DNA of 62,160 bases, counting the filler, from Syncephalis fuscata S228 (lineage: Eukaryota; Fungi; Zoopagomycota): the NCBI GenBank assembly GCA_025786725.1. It is 4 parts of 4 records of this genome, joined end to end, with 100 filler letters (N's around TTAATTAATTAA, not from the genome) between each part and the next. Parts side by side here need not be neighbours in the genome. Positions count along the whole stretch, not along the records: positions 32,541 to 47,121 come from JAHLTZ010000228.1; positions 47,222 to 62,160 come from JAHLTZ010000225.1; 2 more parts are not named here. One strand, 5' to 3'. The position numbers and the translations under genes are program-made. Positions 38,924 through 54,841 of the stretch are shown piece after piece. The notes below the pieces were generated by a model. That model was not told the origin of the DNA and did no database searches. It saw nothing but the letters and a program-made list of their open reading frames with translations. Every line of letters begins with the position of its first letter. Positions within the stretch are counted from its first letter, which is position 1.

Positions 38924-39530
38924 ATGACAGATTCTGAAGGTAGATGCGTTAGACAAGTGTCATTAGCTTGTGTCTATGTCTATTGACAACTAGTGTAGAA
39001 ATCCATACAGTGATTGCCTCGCCCTATGCATGGACCGATAATACAGCATGGGAGCTGTTGGAGCAGCGGTTGATGTAAGACGTGGGATATGGCACATTGT
39101 CTAGATGCAAGCAATGCTTATCGCTATTTTGTCGACTTAGGGCGATAGAAGATAATACGGGCGTTATTATTCTAGTTGATGATGCAACCAAGGTTAGATG
39201 CAGTTAGTAAAACAATTGGATGCCAATATGTGTTTGTGTTTATAGTTTGTGGAGATTACTGGTAAAGACAATGAGGCTGTAAGAAGAGCGTAAGTAGTGT
39301 CAATTGGATGTTACAGTAAATAAGAAATGCTTACATGTTATATAGACGTGTACAAGTTCAAAATGCCATTAAAGAACTGGTAAGTGCCATTGATGATTGC
39401 AAGTCACTATACTAGACAGTTGTCATAATATATATAGAGAGTCCCTGGCGATGATATTGGCCGATTGGAGGGCGATGACCTGTACAAGTTTATCTCTGCA
39501 CACCAAGCAATAATTAATGGCGATGTATAA
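38924..39530 (+). CDS. Small multi-exon hypothetical protein, possibly a degenerate KH-like fold
   Basis: Six short exons joined by GT-AG introns give IEDNTGVIILVDDATK|FVEITGKDNEAVRRA|RVQVQNAIKEL. The fold call is an impression only. Confidence 0.5.
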
Positions 39531-39830
39531 TTGTTGCCATAACAAATAAAGCTATATGATATAAAGAGTGCGACAATTTTATTATTGATGCCAGTTACAA
39601 TGTATTATTAAAATGGCTATCATTGATAGAATATAAATATATTTTATATATGTGTGTGTGGCGTGTGTATGTGTGCAAATGTGTGTGTGAATGAATTACT
39701 GTTAGCCAGTTTTCAAAGCGGAATCCGTCAAAACTAGTCCATTGCCTCCACGCCTAACTGACGGTCTCACCCTCTTTTCTACAGCACTGCATCAGCCAAT
39801 TAAGAGGGTCGCGTGCATCCGTCGATCAAC

Positions 39831-41293
39831 ATGAAGGTAAGATAGCTTGTTGTATATGCATATACAGTTAACGGGAGGAACGATGGAGGAGAGAATTGCG
39901 ATTAAAACGATCCAAATGAATCGATGGATGGATGGATGGATATATGAATCGATGGCTTATGGATGGATGATAGCTATGACGATGGCAGGTAGAGTTGTTT
40001 AGCAGAAGTAATAGAATAAGGAAACAATATTGTTTATTATTCAATATATTGGATGCTGCACGGGATGGATGCATAGATGGATGGATAGATGGATAAATGG
40101 ATGGTTGCTTGTTGAAGACAGTATATACGATAGAAGAAAATTGAACATTGATAATAGTAATGCTGGAATCGTGTATAATATATACATACATACATCTACT
40201 GTTATTAAAACAATATAATAATTGCTAGTACTATTATACACGCGACTATACTAGAAATAATAATACAAAATTATTGTTATCGTTTGTTATTATTATATTT
40301 GGAATCGGGAATCTACAATTGAATGTGCTACTAATATTTTTGTTTATAGTTGAATATTGCCAATCCAGCCACTGGCTGCCAAAAGCTGTTCGATATCGAT
40401 GATGAGCGCAAGGTGTAAGTAGAATACTGACGGTGTAATATTAAACATATAGACACGGTCGACAATACGCCAAATAATTATAAACTAATAAAATTTAATA
40501 ATGCACCTGTTTACATAGTCGCATCTTTTACGACAAGCGCGTCTCGGCTGAAGTTCCCGGAGACACCATCGGTGATGAGTTCAAGGGATACGTTTTCCGC
40601 ATTACCGGCGGTAACGACAAGCAAGGTTTCCCCATGAAGCAGGGTGTCTTGTTGCCACACCGTGTGCGCCTTCTTCTCTCCAAGGGCCACTCGTGCTATC
40701 GCCCACGCCGTACCGGTGAGCGCAAGCGCAAGTCTGTCCGCGGTTGCATTGTCGGCCCAGACATGTCCGTCCTCTCCTTGACCGTCGTCAAGCAGGGTGA
40801 TGCTGACATTCCCGGTCTTACCGACCAAGTCTTGCCAAAGCGTCTTGGACCAAAGCGTGCCAACAACATTCGCAAGCTCTTTGTAAGTATTTACGCGCAT
40901 ACAATGATTAATTCTCGGTTTATTGACAAATATTTGCGTGCATTAGAACTTGACCAAGGATGATGATGTCCGCAAGTACGTTATCCGTCGTGAGGTTCAG
41001 CCAAAGAACGCCGAAAAGAAGTCTTACACCAAGGCTCCTAAGGTAATTATAAAGGTGGTTATTGGTTATAAATATGCTGACTTTATGGCGAATAGATCCA
41101 GCGTTTGGTTACCCCATTGACCCTCCAGCGCAAGCGTCACCGCATGGCATTGAAGGCTCGCCGCGCCCAGGCCTCCAAGGCAGCAGCTGCTGAATATCAA
41201 AAATTGTTGCACTTGCGCATGAAGGAGAAGCGTCAATCGCTTCACAAGCGTCGTGAGGCTCGTGCTGAGAAGCAGCAGCCTAAGCAGCAATAA
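39831..41293 (+). CDS. RPS6: 40S ribosomal protein S6 (eS6)
   Basis: MK|[12 protein letters not shown]..., [25 protein letters not shown] and [13 protein letters not shown]. Confidence 0.96.
39920..40105 (+). repeat. (GATG)n-type microsatellite patches in RPS6 intron 1
   Basis: Runs of gatggatggatg at ~39923-39940, ~39960 and ~40063-40103. Confidence 0.7.
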
Positions 41294-44200
41294 ATAAATT
41301 GCCTGTGCTTACCTTTTGCACCACGTAATCAGTCTTTCTTTTCATTATTAGGCTACAGATGTGCGTGCACACGGGGCGACATAGTTGATGATATATGTGC
41401 AGATATTAAGGTTTTCTATTCTTTTTTATTTTTATCTGTTACTCAAACAGTATATGGTGTTGTTTGTGTATAGATGGGAACAAAGAGAGAGATAGAGAGA
41501 GAGAGACGATGGTTATAGCGTCAATAAACACCATCCATCTTTACTAATTGCGTGTAGATATAATTTATTCATACAGTATGATAATTTGCGTAATATAGTT
41601 TCATCAGTAGATGTAAACAAATATCAAAATATTGACACGCTTTTTCAATGCGTTATTAAAGTAGTCATGTTGTAACAATTGGATTTATTGTAATCAATAG
41701 CCGCATTGTGTTTACATTGCACATGAGCTGTTTACATCTATAACAATACCAGTTTTATCAATTTAATCATTTGTTTACTGGCTTATTACAACGCCTTAAG
41801 CCAATGTATACATAATGAGGACAACTGTCATTAAATTGCCAACATCTAGTTATGACAGTATTGTGCTGAGTATAGCTGGAATGTTTTTATGAATCTTGGC
41901 CTTAGTGTTTGTGTAGTGAAGCCAATATATTATGATTGGTAAATACAGCAAGGCATGAGATACTAAACTAGCACTGCAGAGGTTGAGTGCAGACTTGTAT
42001 CACGCAATATTATGAAACAGGCAGTGTATTGTAATGAGTAAAAACAGCTCTACACTCTAGCACATTAATTGACGGGTTGCTATATTTGTTGCTAAAAAAT
42101 TACTAGTTTCAAGAATAAATAATGCAGTTATAGGAGACAAATATGGTTGGTAGATTGTGATGATATAATGTGCAAAAGTACGGTTTTGATATAAAGTATG
42201 ATGACTGGTTGATTGCTTGAAACGCTAAAGTCCGAGCCATCAAGGGCAGTTATATTTTAGTATGGCACAATTGAAGATGTTGTTTATTACACCATTCATG
42301 ACCTAAACAATAAAACACTCTGGCCATGGTTATAGTCATGGAGCACATCTTAGCAGCTGTCAATATGAGATTAAATATAATACACAGCGATTGATTTGCT
42401 CAATATTTGATTTAACATTTCAGCAAAGCTATAACTTTTGCAGCAATTTACACACCAGTATCTTTACGTCATTGATTACAGCTAGTCTGATAAATCAATC
42501 AAATGCACTAACAGCTACACACAATTTAAATTTATAAAGTACAAACATTATCATCATGCAATTTCTCACAACTCTTGTCCCGCATCTTGGCAGTGGTATG
42601 GCTTTAGGCAATGGTGACAAACTTACTGGGCACAAGACTATGGCCATAACGACAAACTGCCAGAGAATTTCCCAAAATGCTAAGAAAACAACAAATTACA
42701 GCTAACGTAGAGCAGCGGATAACACTGAACTAGATCAGCATTAAAAGTGCTGAATAATATAAATTATTTAATTACAATTTATGGTATTTGGCTTACTGAG
42801 TTTTTGTGAGTATTAGGATAGTCTAAAATGCTATATTTAAATACTGTTATTGTCAGTGTTGCTACAATCAAATGGACCGATATGTTTTGAAAAAGTTTAC
42901 TGTTGAATTTAGTTGTTAATATTAACGTGACATTGTCTACTTGTTGCTTGATGATTTAACATGCTATAAACAACTGATTTAGACAAACTTAAAATATTAC
43001 AACTTTAAAAACATTGTATTTAGTTTAATGATTTTAGCAAACAAATAAATGTATAATAGCAATTAATTATCGTTTACAGATAGTTATTGCAAAGTAGCTA
43101 TAATAGCAGTGATATATATATATATACTTGACTACTTAGTTCAAATGCAATATAACATACATTGAGGTTTTAAAGATATGTCTAATTAAATAGCACCAAA
43201 TACTTATAGTTTTATAATATTTATTGTATAATATTGTTATAGTTTAGTTAATAAAATTGTAACTTAAATGACCAAGTAACATTTTATCCTGGCATTGTTC
43301 TATAAAATCAGTTTCTGATACTTATTAACGCCTAACGCTCAGAATACAATGTGTTGGTTGGCTGCATTGATTTAATAATAGAACTTGAATGCCTTGTAGT
43401 ATTTCATCATTAACGTAACATGTTAGTTCAGGTGACTGCTCATATGCTCACAGCTAACAAGTAGCTACTCATCATGTTGTCGTAATAGGTATTTGTTACT
43501 AGTAATCGGTACTAATATTCGATAGATATATTATTCTTGTGATTGATCACATGCAACTTTAACTGACCATCCAATTACATAATATATCTTTTAGTTACAC
43601 TTTCACAAGACCCTGTCCGGAATATCAAAGCAGCAACAATATAACTTAAATTTATCACCTAATTACATTAGAATCACTCTCTTGAGCTGTTTATAGCTAT
43701 TAAGAATAGCAAAGGTTATATTTACATCAGTCATAGCTATTAGAAATAACAGATGTTACATTGATATGACAATTATAGCTAATTAGAAGCAAGACATTCA
43801 TATAATTAAAATAATTATAGCCGTTTATATTTATCATAAGTGAATAATTATACAATTATTTTAACAATAAAAATAGGCACAATTTTGCATGATGTTACAA
43901 ACGATTGCAAGCTATTAGTGCAGCTAAAGCATTTATAAATAAATAATTTTATTTTCAAATGCTGTTTATATTTAGTATAAATCATTAAATAAATGTTTAT
44001 ATAATTATTTCAGCTATAAAGAAGTTAAACGACGTTGTGACTATTCTGCTTAATAAAATAACAATCAGATTACTAATGCCATATCACTCATGGTAGATTG
44101 GGATGGCAAAAATTGCAAACTCAATAGTAAAGCAATTTATTTAAAAACAAAAGGTAAGATAGTGTTTATTAGCTATAAATAACATCAGCAAAAAATCTAT

Positions 44201-45633
44201 AATGAATGTAAATGATTGTTTCAACCACTGGAAGATAAGCTATATTGGGCACTGTATCGCATGCTTGGAAGTGGATTAATCATATTACGCGTAAATAAAT
44301 CACGTGATATGCTAATGAATAATTACTATTGCTATGTTTGATAATAGTAAAAGTCAATTTACGCACATTTAACACTAGCTAGTCTACAATCTGGTGTCTT
44401 TAAACACTAGTATTGTTTATTTTTCCTTTTATAATGAATTTATTTAATAAATTGTAATAATCAACAGCAGTTAAAACAAAAAACAGACAGCATTAATCTA
44501 AATAGTAGCAGCATTACTACAATTTAGTGTTTATTGTCTCCCAAAAATCGGTATAGAGTAGATCTTTCTAGGTTGGTCTTCAACACATTGTATGAGTTAA
44601 TGTTTTTATTGACTTCCCAAAGCTCATATAATTATTGTTTTAGTATTATATATTGCAAAACCGTCTACACACATCTTGTTTGTATTCGATATTTCTCTCA
44701 AAACCAATCATAAGCGCTTTGAATCACGCGCCACAAGTGCATGAACCTATAGGCTTTCAGCTTTAAACATTCTTCTTTTAGTAGCTTTTGCCGCTTTGTC
44801 CACGTAATTTGCTAGTTCAAAAGTATCAAGTGTTCGTCACACCATTCGATTTATGGCACTGCATGCAGTAGAGGCATATGCGTACACAGTACGTATGAAA
44901 GCCGAGCCTTTGCTTCAATGGCATTTTTTGCCTGCAGTCCAATGTCGTCACGTTTCTTGGACTTGTTTAATACCTGTTTTCACTATTTTCACTATTCATC
45001 TATTTCTGTTCCTTATTCATCCACTTTTCTTCTATTCTATTTATCACTTACACTACAGTCGTTATAACAGCTTTCTTCGCCCTGTCCTCTTTCCACGCGT
45101 TCCCCGTTGTTCACCACCTTTTTTTGGACACTATCACCTGTTAAAATTTCTTAAATAGTCCTCGGCTACTTGGTGCGGGGCATACCAGATTTCCTTCTCT
45201 TGCGCCGTAGTCGTTTGTGTGTCGTTGCCGTCGTTTACTTTGCCGTCGTTTACTTTGCCGTATTCAACTAGAGGCCATTTCATATCTTTAGTGCCTATTT
45301 TTTTGTCATTGGCAACAATAGCGATAGCCATAGCGCAGTAGCATTATTTTTATTGGCCTTTTTGTTCTGGCCGTTCAGTTTTTTTTCAAACTTTGAGGTG
45401 AGCAGCAATTGATTGTAGCGTGGATTTCTGCTACTGTCGTCGTGCTGTGGCGCCTTAACAGCTTGTCCATACCATCCAACCCAAAACACTAAGCAATTAT
45501 ATACTTACATATCATTTCCAGCTATTCTTTAGTGGCATCGACCTTTTACTGTTGATTCCGTACAAGCCTATATTTACAGTCTCTTTCTTCTTTCCTTTTT
45601 GTGCTCACGAGATATAGAATTATTTTACACATT

Positions 45634-46665
45634 ATGGCAAGTATTAACACAGTCCCCTCAGGCAACGCTTTATTGATGGTGGCCGTTGTCCCACTTCCCT
45701 TATCCCTACACTCATGGCTAAGTGCGGGCGGTGCCGGCAATGTGCCATCGGGGCATCCTTTTACCAAGACGGAGGCACCTTTTATGCCAATGTCGACGGC
45801 AACACCGACCAAACAGCAACAGCAACAGCAACAACAACAGACACCGCCACCCAATCCGCCAATGGCTGGCCTTCAGGGCACGCTATGGGATTTAGTTCGT
45901 CGTCTTCAAAGCAGTCTAAGTGAAGAAGACTATGAGACGGCGCGCGCTGTGTTTGGTGCTGATAAAGAAGGCAATATTAGTTTACAGTTGCCTTCGTGGA
46001 CATGGCCTGAATTGCCATGGTATGCGACGCGTGAAGGTGTTAGCGATGCACTCGATACTCTACGTCAGCGTATGCCAGCTTTTGTAGGCGCAACTGCATG
46101 TTCGGCAGCTATTGCCTACCGTCAACCGCGCTTAGGCCTAAGTTATGCAGCTGGTCGTCTACGCACTGGACTAGGTCCGTGGATTGGCACAACTATGGCC
46201 AGTGCAATTTCTAAGCCTGCCGCGATGATGACAGCAGCAGGCGGTCTACCACTACTATTGGTAGCACTACCTACTTATTATACTTATCTGGTATTTTCAG
46301 AGGCAGGTCGCATTGCACTTGAGCTAGGCACCGATGCACGCCAATTGACAACCATTGCACAAATGATTGTTAGTCGATGCGAGCCAGTATTTCGCGCTGC
46401 CGATGGCCTGCCCGCTGATGTTGCTATGCGCGTTATCGCACTTGGCCTTAAACAACATTTACCCGAACATGTAGCATCTGTCGTTAAACAGGCTGTTTAC
46501 GTCAGCAGTCTAACTGGCAATATGTCCACGCGTCTTACTCAAGTTCTTGAGGCCGCTGCCGAATGGGCCCATGGCGAGCAAGGTCGTCAAATGCTCGATC
46601 AACTTGTGCGTATTACCGAAACAACCGATGCTAAACAAAGTTCCAAAACACCTTGTGCAGCTTAG
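45634..46665 (+). CDS. Intronless hypothetical protein (~343 aa) with poly-Q and a hydrophobic segment
   Basis: Long GC-richer ORF; no recognised motif. Confidence 0.7.
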   Translation: MASINTVPSGNALLMVAVVPLPLSLHSWLSAGGAGNVPSGHPFTKTEAPFMPMSTATPTKQQQQQQQQQTPPPNPPMAGLQGTLWDLVRRLQSSLSEEDYETARAVFGADKEGNISLQLPSWTWPELPWYATREGVSDALDTLRQRMPAFVGATACSAAIAYRQPRLGLSYAAGRLRTGLGPWIGTTMASAISKPAAMMTAAGGLPLLLVALPTYYTYLVFSEAGRIALELGTDARQLTTIAQMIVSRCEPVFRAADGLPADVAMRVIALGLKQHLPEHVASVVKQAVYVSSLTGNMSTRLTQVLEAAAEWAHGEQGRQMLDQLVRITETTDAKQSSKTPCAA

Positions 46666-47121
46666 CTAACAAACTAACAATTCAAATTTCATGTTATACT
46701 TCACAAAACTATCTTTTATATTGTTCTAACCAGGCAGTCAGATATTTGCGCTGACTTGACGGCATTATTTATGCTAAGTGCTATTAACGATTATCTTTAT
46801 TTAGTAATGATTTTAAGAAGTAACCAATAAATTTCATATAAATGAATTTTCAAAAATTAACAAAGCTATCAAACGCTATTGCGTAAGTGTTACAAAGTAA
46901 AATATGGAATATGGAATAAAACATTTGGTAAGAACATCTTGATTAAACACAATAATTGAAAGTGTTAAAAAGACGCATTTTATTGAATTAACATTGAAAC
47001 ACCTGATTAAGCTATTTTTCATACTTCTCTCCTTACTTGCTCGCTTGACTAGCGTTATATCATTACGCTACTGGTGTCATAGCAGTGCTTTTCTAGCTAA
47101 ATTGCATTCTTTTGGCCAATG

Positions 47122-47221
47122 NNNNNNNNNNNNNNNNNNNNNNNNNNNNNNNNNNNNNNNNNNNNTTAATTAATTAANNNNNNNNNNNNNNNNNNNNNNN
47201 NNNNNNNNNNNNNNNNNNNNN
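47122..47221. other. Artificial contig spacer
   Basis: Same N/TTAATTAATTAA design as the other two spacers. Confidence 0.95.
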
Positions 47222-47698
47222 TGTCAAAGCTACAGTGTGTATAGTGGAATGAGTGGAAGGAGCAAAGTATATTGCCGCGTATAAACAATAAAACGTGTCT
47301 AGTATATCGTAGAATGATACATAGTAGTGTGGGACAGAATGGGAATGATATAGGTAAATGGTGGATATATGCATACTGGATAACGAATCTATGATGACGA
47401 GTATTTGATGACTGATGTCACTCACCACCCATCATCATGTTCAATAGGTTGGATGTTATTAAATGTTATTTATTTAACCACCAAATCATACTAAATGATT
47501 AATAAACTATTTGATATTTGCGTAATGGTGATAAAATAAATAAATAATTGATATTAGTATTAAATGCATAATGTAGATGTGTTTGCATTAAATGCAGTTA
47601 ATTATAATATACTAATATTAACGCTATTTTGTTAACGATATATCTATAAATTGCTACAACACATTACTATGCTGTAGAAATAATAAAATAAATTTATA

Positions 47699-49228
47699 TT
47701 AAATCAGTTGAAATCTTAAACAAACGAGGGTAGTATAGTTAGACAAGTCAGCAAATGGCTGCAATCTATCTTTGCTTATAAGATTTTCTTTATCTTGCCC
47801 TTTGCTTAGTATTAGCCAGGGACGATGAAGACCAAGCCTAGAGTTAGAAGCCACGCCTTCAAGCGTATGCTTAATTGGACCGGCTCGACTAACCATTGGG
47901 TCTGATAGTAAAGCAAAAAATGTCGCTTCGTCATTCGCTTCACTGTGAGAATGTGGCCTGGGACCTGCATCCAAGGAATTATCAGAAATTGCGCGCTGTA
48001 ATGCCATTGATGTAGTAATACAACGGCATAACAATAATCCAGGACGTGCCTGTAGCACTTCAGCTACTGTGGCCTCCATATCAGGAGTTGGCCGTTCATT
48101 AATATCTACATTCGTGTATTAGCATTTTGTACTATTTCGTTTTAGTCGATTTATCTGTGCTTACTTTTCTTGGTGAGCGCATGCTGCCAAAGTGCATAAT
48201 CCGTCTTTTCGTGCATTGTTAGACGTGTCAGTAGCTCTGCTCGACCTCCACTGTTATGCATTAGATTGGCTGTCAATATTGAGTTGAATATGTAGTATTT
48301 ACCGTTCGTAGGGCAATTTCCCTTTTCTTGGTGATATCTCAACACCACCACCACCACCAAGCCGGCTCATCTGATTATCATTGCCAAAAAGGCCAAAGCG
48401 AATTCCAGCCGTACTTGTCTCTTGTTGCTCTGGTGGTTGGTCATCTGGAAGACGAATGGACCCTAGTAGATCACTGGTTGTTTTCGATGGTTCAATATCA
48501 TGGTCTGCAGACTGTGCTACATCATCAGTTGTATTTAATACTGCTTCAGCAAATGCCTCACGAAGATCCTGTGTCGTGCAACAGGCTTGAGTGGCATCCT
48601 ATTCATTTGACAATTACTCAACCAATATTCTACTTATTAGCTAATATACAGACAACTTACAACATCAATTAATTTCTGAGCTTGCTTACTAGGTGATACA
48701 TTACTCCACCATGATGGCTGATATGCACATATTTATAGATTAGTTAGTAATTTAGCATTACATTGGCACTTACAGGCTGCCATGGTGTTTGTTCAACATC
48801 GCTATCATTATGCATCGAACTAATTGAAGACTGGCTAACAGGATCTTCAGTGGACACGACAGTTGATTTCCGATCAATTCGTTTTATCTAAAATAAAGAT
48901 TTATTATCAACAATCATAGACATGTACGCTCACGATATTACACACTTTATGTGGCGACTCTATCATATTATAAGTATCCAGTTGGTGCAAACAGTAGCGC
49001 TTTACCTGGAAATGCAAACTGAAGCCCTGAGATAGGAGTAGGTGTTGGTTCGTCTTTGGCGGTTGCAGGAAGTGCTGTCGTGGCAGTCGCCATACTTACA
49101 GCACCGTCGTCATTGCTAATACTATCGGCTAGTTCGACTGAATCCCCATTTAGCTCTGCTTGGTCTAGTCGACGCTTTGGCGGTCTGCTTTGCGCGGATT
49201 CATCGTCAGGAAAGCGAAATTGAAACAT
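47699..49228 (-). CDS. Multi-exon hypothetical protein, possibly nuclear
   Basis: ATG 49228 begins MFQFRFPDDESAQSRPPKRR (NLS-like). Minus-strand exons separated by short GT-AG introns run to a stop at 47699. Confidence 0.5.
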
Positions 49229-49862
49229 GATGCTACAAGGAATTACTGTTCCAAAGAAGTGTACATGGTCTGTGGAAAGTGAAGGGAAGCAAGATTAGTT
49301 GTGTCACTATGAATAACATGAACTATTGTGGATACATGATATAATTCGATACTGATGCTATTAAGCAATTAAAGTAAAGATATTTACTTATTAGATATTG
49401 TTATGACTTTGTCTTATAAAGTAGACTATCATTGGTTTGTCAGTTTACTAATGATATGTTATATATATATATACTGAACTTTAGAATTAAGTCTTTTATT
49501 ATTTTTGTTTACTATTTTTACTACTTTGTTATTTATCTAGTTGTTGTATGTTATACAATCGTTTGATCAATTAGTTTTTATTATTAATCTATTTAATTTT
49601 ATCGCTTAATAATATTAAATAACCTATTGTATTTAACTTAACTAATTAATAAATATCAATATTATAATACAATTATTATAATTATATTAATGTATCATAG
49701 TATTATTTTAGCTCAATAAATTTTAAAGTGAAATATATTATAAAATCCACATCAGCACACGCATACGAGATAAAAAAAGGAACAAACCAACAAGTAGTTG
49801 AGAGCAAGTTAGAGCAAGGCGGCAAAGCAGCAACCATCAAAGCAAAATAGACATAGTAGCCA

Positions 49863-52070
<2,208 letters not shown>

Positions 52071-53260
52071 AATACACTAATGTCACAAGAATCCAATATC
52101 TTAATTCTAGATCACACAAAAGCTGTCGTCCTATTAAACTAACTACAGCTATTATATACCACCACAGCCACCACTACAGTTACTACAGTTATTGCTATTA
52201 CTACTACTACTACTATTACAGCCACCAATTACTGTCAATAACACCAATCACTAACTACACACGAGATATACGTGGCTGATTGGCTGGTTGTCTGCTTATA
52301 TATACGAATCTGGTAGTAATAGCACCAATAGTGGTAGTGAAAGAGTGAAGGCGTACCGAGGTGTGTGCTATGAGTGTGTGTGTGTGTGTGGGTAGGTGAG
52401 TGAATGTGTATATGCAGGCAAAGGTATTCACCTTTTTTTCTAAAGTATGATCAATTTTTCCTCTATTTTCAAATCATTAAAAGTTACTCGAATCAAGTTG
52501 GATTCAGATCAATGTACATTTTGATATTATGACGTATTGGCTAATTAATTAGTTAATCAAAAGATCATTAATATATACATATACATACATACATATATAT
52601 ATAATACAGAACAAGATAATTTGACAACTATCATCTACTCTATTCACTTATTAATGTATATTCAATGGTTTTATTTGTTTATTTATCTATATATCTTATA
52701 TCTATCTATCTATTATTTAGTCAATAGCTGTATTCTATTATAAATAAACTTGTATAATCATATTATATATATATATATATATTTAATCACCTAATAAACT
52801 TGTCATCAATTAGGATGTCATCCTACACACATCACTATAAAAACCAGTAATTTAAACATTACCACTACTATTACCACTATATTGTAATATCTATTCTATT
52901 AATAATAGTATAGATGATAATGACTAATCTATAGTGACTGGCCTACTTGTCATCTATAGGTGTGACATACTTATCTTCTCTCTTTATTTATTTATAATGA
53001 TTTCATACACCATCAATAATACCCACCATTGACACACTTCTCTATTTGCTGTTCTTGACCACTCACACTACACGTTACAACTCATCCTTGTTGGTCATTA
53101 CACAAAAGCCACTACTAAACTTGTTTATTTAAACTAGTCATCACTTAGGGATTAGTTGAGGAGTATATTATACATATCTATATCTATATATCTATATAGT
53201 ATCATATATACTATATCTATCTATATTGCTGGTTAAAGCGTTAAAGTCGGTTGCGGGCGT

Positions 53261-54810
53261 ATGTCGTCCTCTTCCCCGCCCCCGTCTATCTCGTCTATCT
53301 CGCCCACTCGTTCTACGCGTCTATTAACTACTACTGCTGTCCTCGCATCACTGCCACCAACACCACAGTCATCTACGACAGTTAAAGGGCGTGGCTATAA
53401 ACGTTCTCGATATACTTCAGAGTGTTCGTATCACTCGCATCCAACACCATCGAAGCATCGTAGAATGGATACCAATGCTACAGAAGATAAATTGATGATG
53501 GATGTAGATACTGAATCATCTTGTACTACGAGGTAATAGATAGCCATTAATATAACTATATAGAAACCATATCGCTTACTATTTATCTATAGTGCAACAG
53601 TTGATAGAACAGTAGAATCATCCAACTTATCTACTACCATGACCACTTCTATCTCTATTAATTCTGATAACGGTGAAGAAGAGCTATTTCATGATGCCCA
53701 TGAATTCTCATTTGAAATTACTCAAGAAAAGACATCAAGCGAAACAGAAGAAGAAGAAGAAGAAGAATTCAAACCAGCCAATAGCAGTATTCATACAACC
53801 AGTGACGATGATGTTATGGATACAACAGAACTATTAAAAACTGAAGAAGATAATACAGAAGATGAAGATATTAGTAATAGTAACCATAATATGGAAGACG
53901 ATGAAGATGAACTTGATGAAGATGACAATGAAGTAGATGACGATGAAGATGAAGTAGATGAAGTAGAGTCATCACCACCAATGGATCAAGATATACCAGA
54001 TAGTTTAAGAGCATTTGTACAAAATGATCCTGTGGCCCGACAACGATTACAAGCCATGTTAAATGGAGGTAATTATTATAGTAATAACACAATTAATACA
54101 GTTAACACTATTACTAGTCGCTCCTCAAGTCAAATCTATTATGGAACAGTTGAAACAACGTACTGATCCATCATTACATTTAATTGCTTTACAAAATCTA
54201 TCAGAACTATTACTGGTATCAACTGAAGATATGTTAAGTGGATGCTTGAATGTAGATAAAGTGGCGCAAGAACTTGTATTTCATCTAAGAGGTGAAGATT
54301 CCATTTGTGGTGGCAATCCAGAGATTATGCTACTGGCCTGTCGATGTATTGCCAATCTAGTAGAGGCTATTCCATCATCGGCCAATACACTAGTATATCG
54401 TGAAGTAGTTCCTGTATTATGTGACAAATTGAAGGCCATTGAATATATAGATCTAGCTGAACAAGCACTTAGTGTAAATACAAACGATTATAGTATACTA
54501 TATCCATATACTTACATACTCATATATATATATACTACTACTACTATAGACATTGACACCTATATCAATTGAATATCCAGGCTATATTCTACGTAATAAT
54601 GGACTATCCTCTGTATTAATGTTTCTTGACTTCTTTACTGTAAATGCACAACGTGCTGCTCTTAACATCACGGCCAATTGTTGTCGTGTGGTACGGAGTG
54701 ATCAATGGGAGACAGTTAAAGAACTTATACCTACACTTGAACGCCTATTAGACTACAGTGACCAACAAGGTAACTAATAGCTATAAGTAGATATCAAATA
54801 TTAATACATC

Positions 54811-54841
<31 letters not shown>

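Noticed and set aside
42556-42705. Short ORF MQFLTTLVPHLGSGMALG...
   Set aside because: Weak signal peptide, no similarity to the peptide family and no other support.
41400-44800. Long gene-free AT-rich stretch checked by eye for further micro-exon arrays, transposons or RNA genes
   Set aside because: I found no periodic tag-NNN-gtaag pattern, terminal repeats, transposase or RT motifs, or tRNA/rRNA-like sequence. A computational scan could still find weak elements.
45225-45261. 15-bp tandem repeat (ttgccgtcgtttact, about 2.5 copies) and scattered (TA)n, (TG)n and (ATATCT)n tracts
   Set aside because: Ordinary slippage repeats with no evidence of function.
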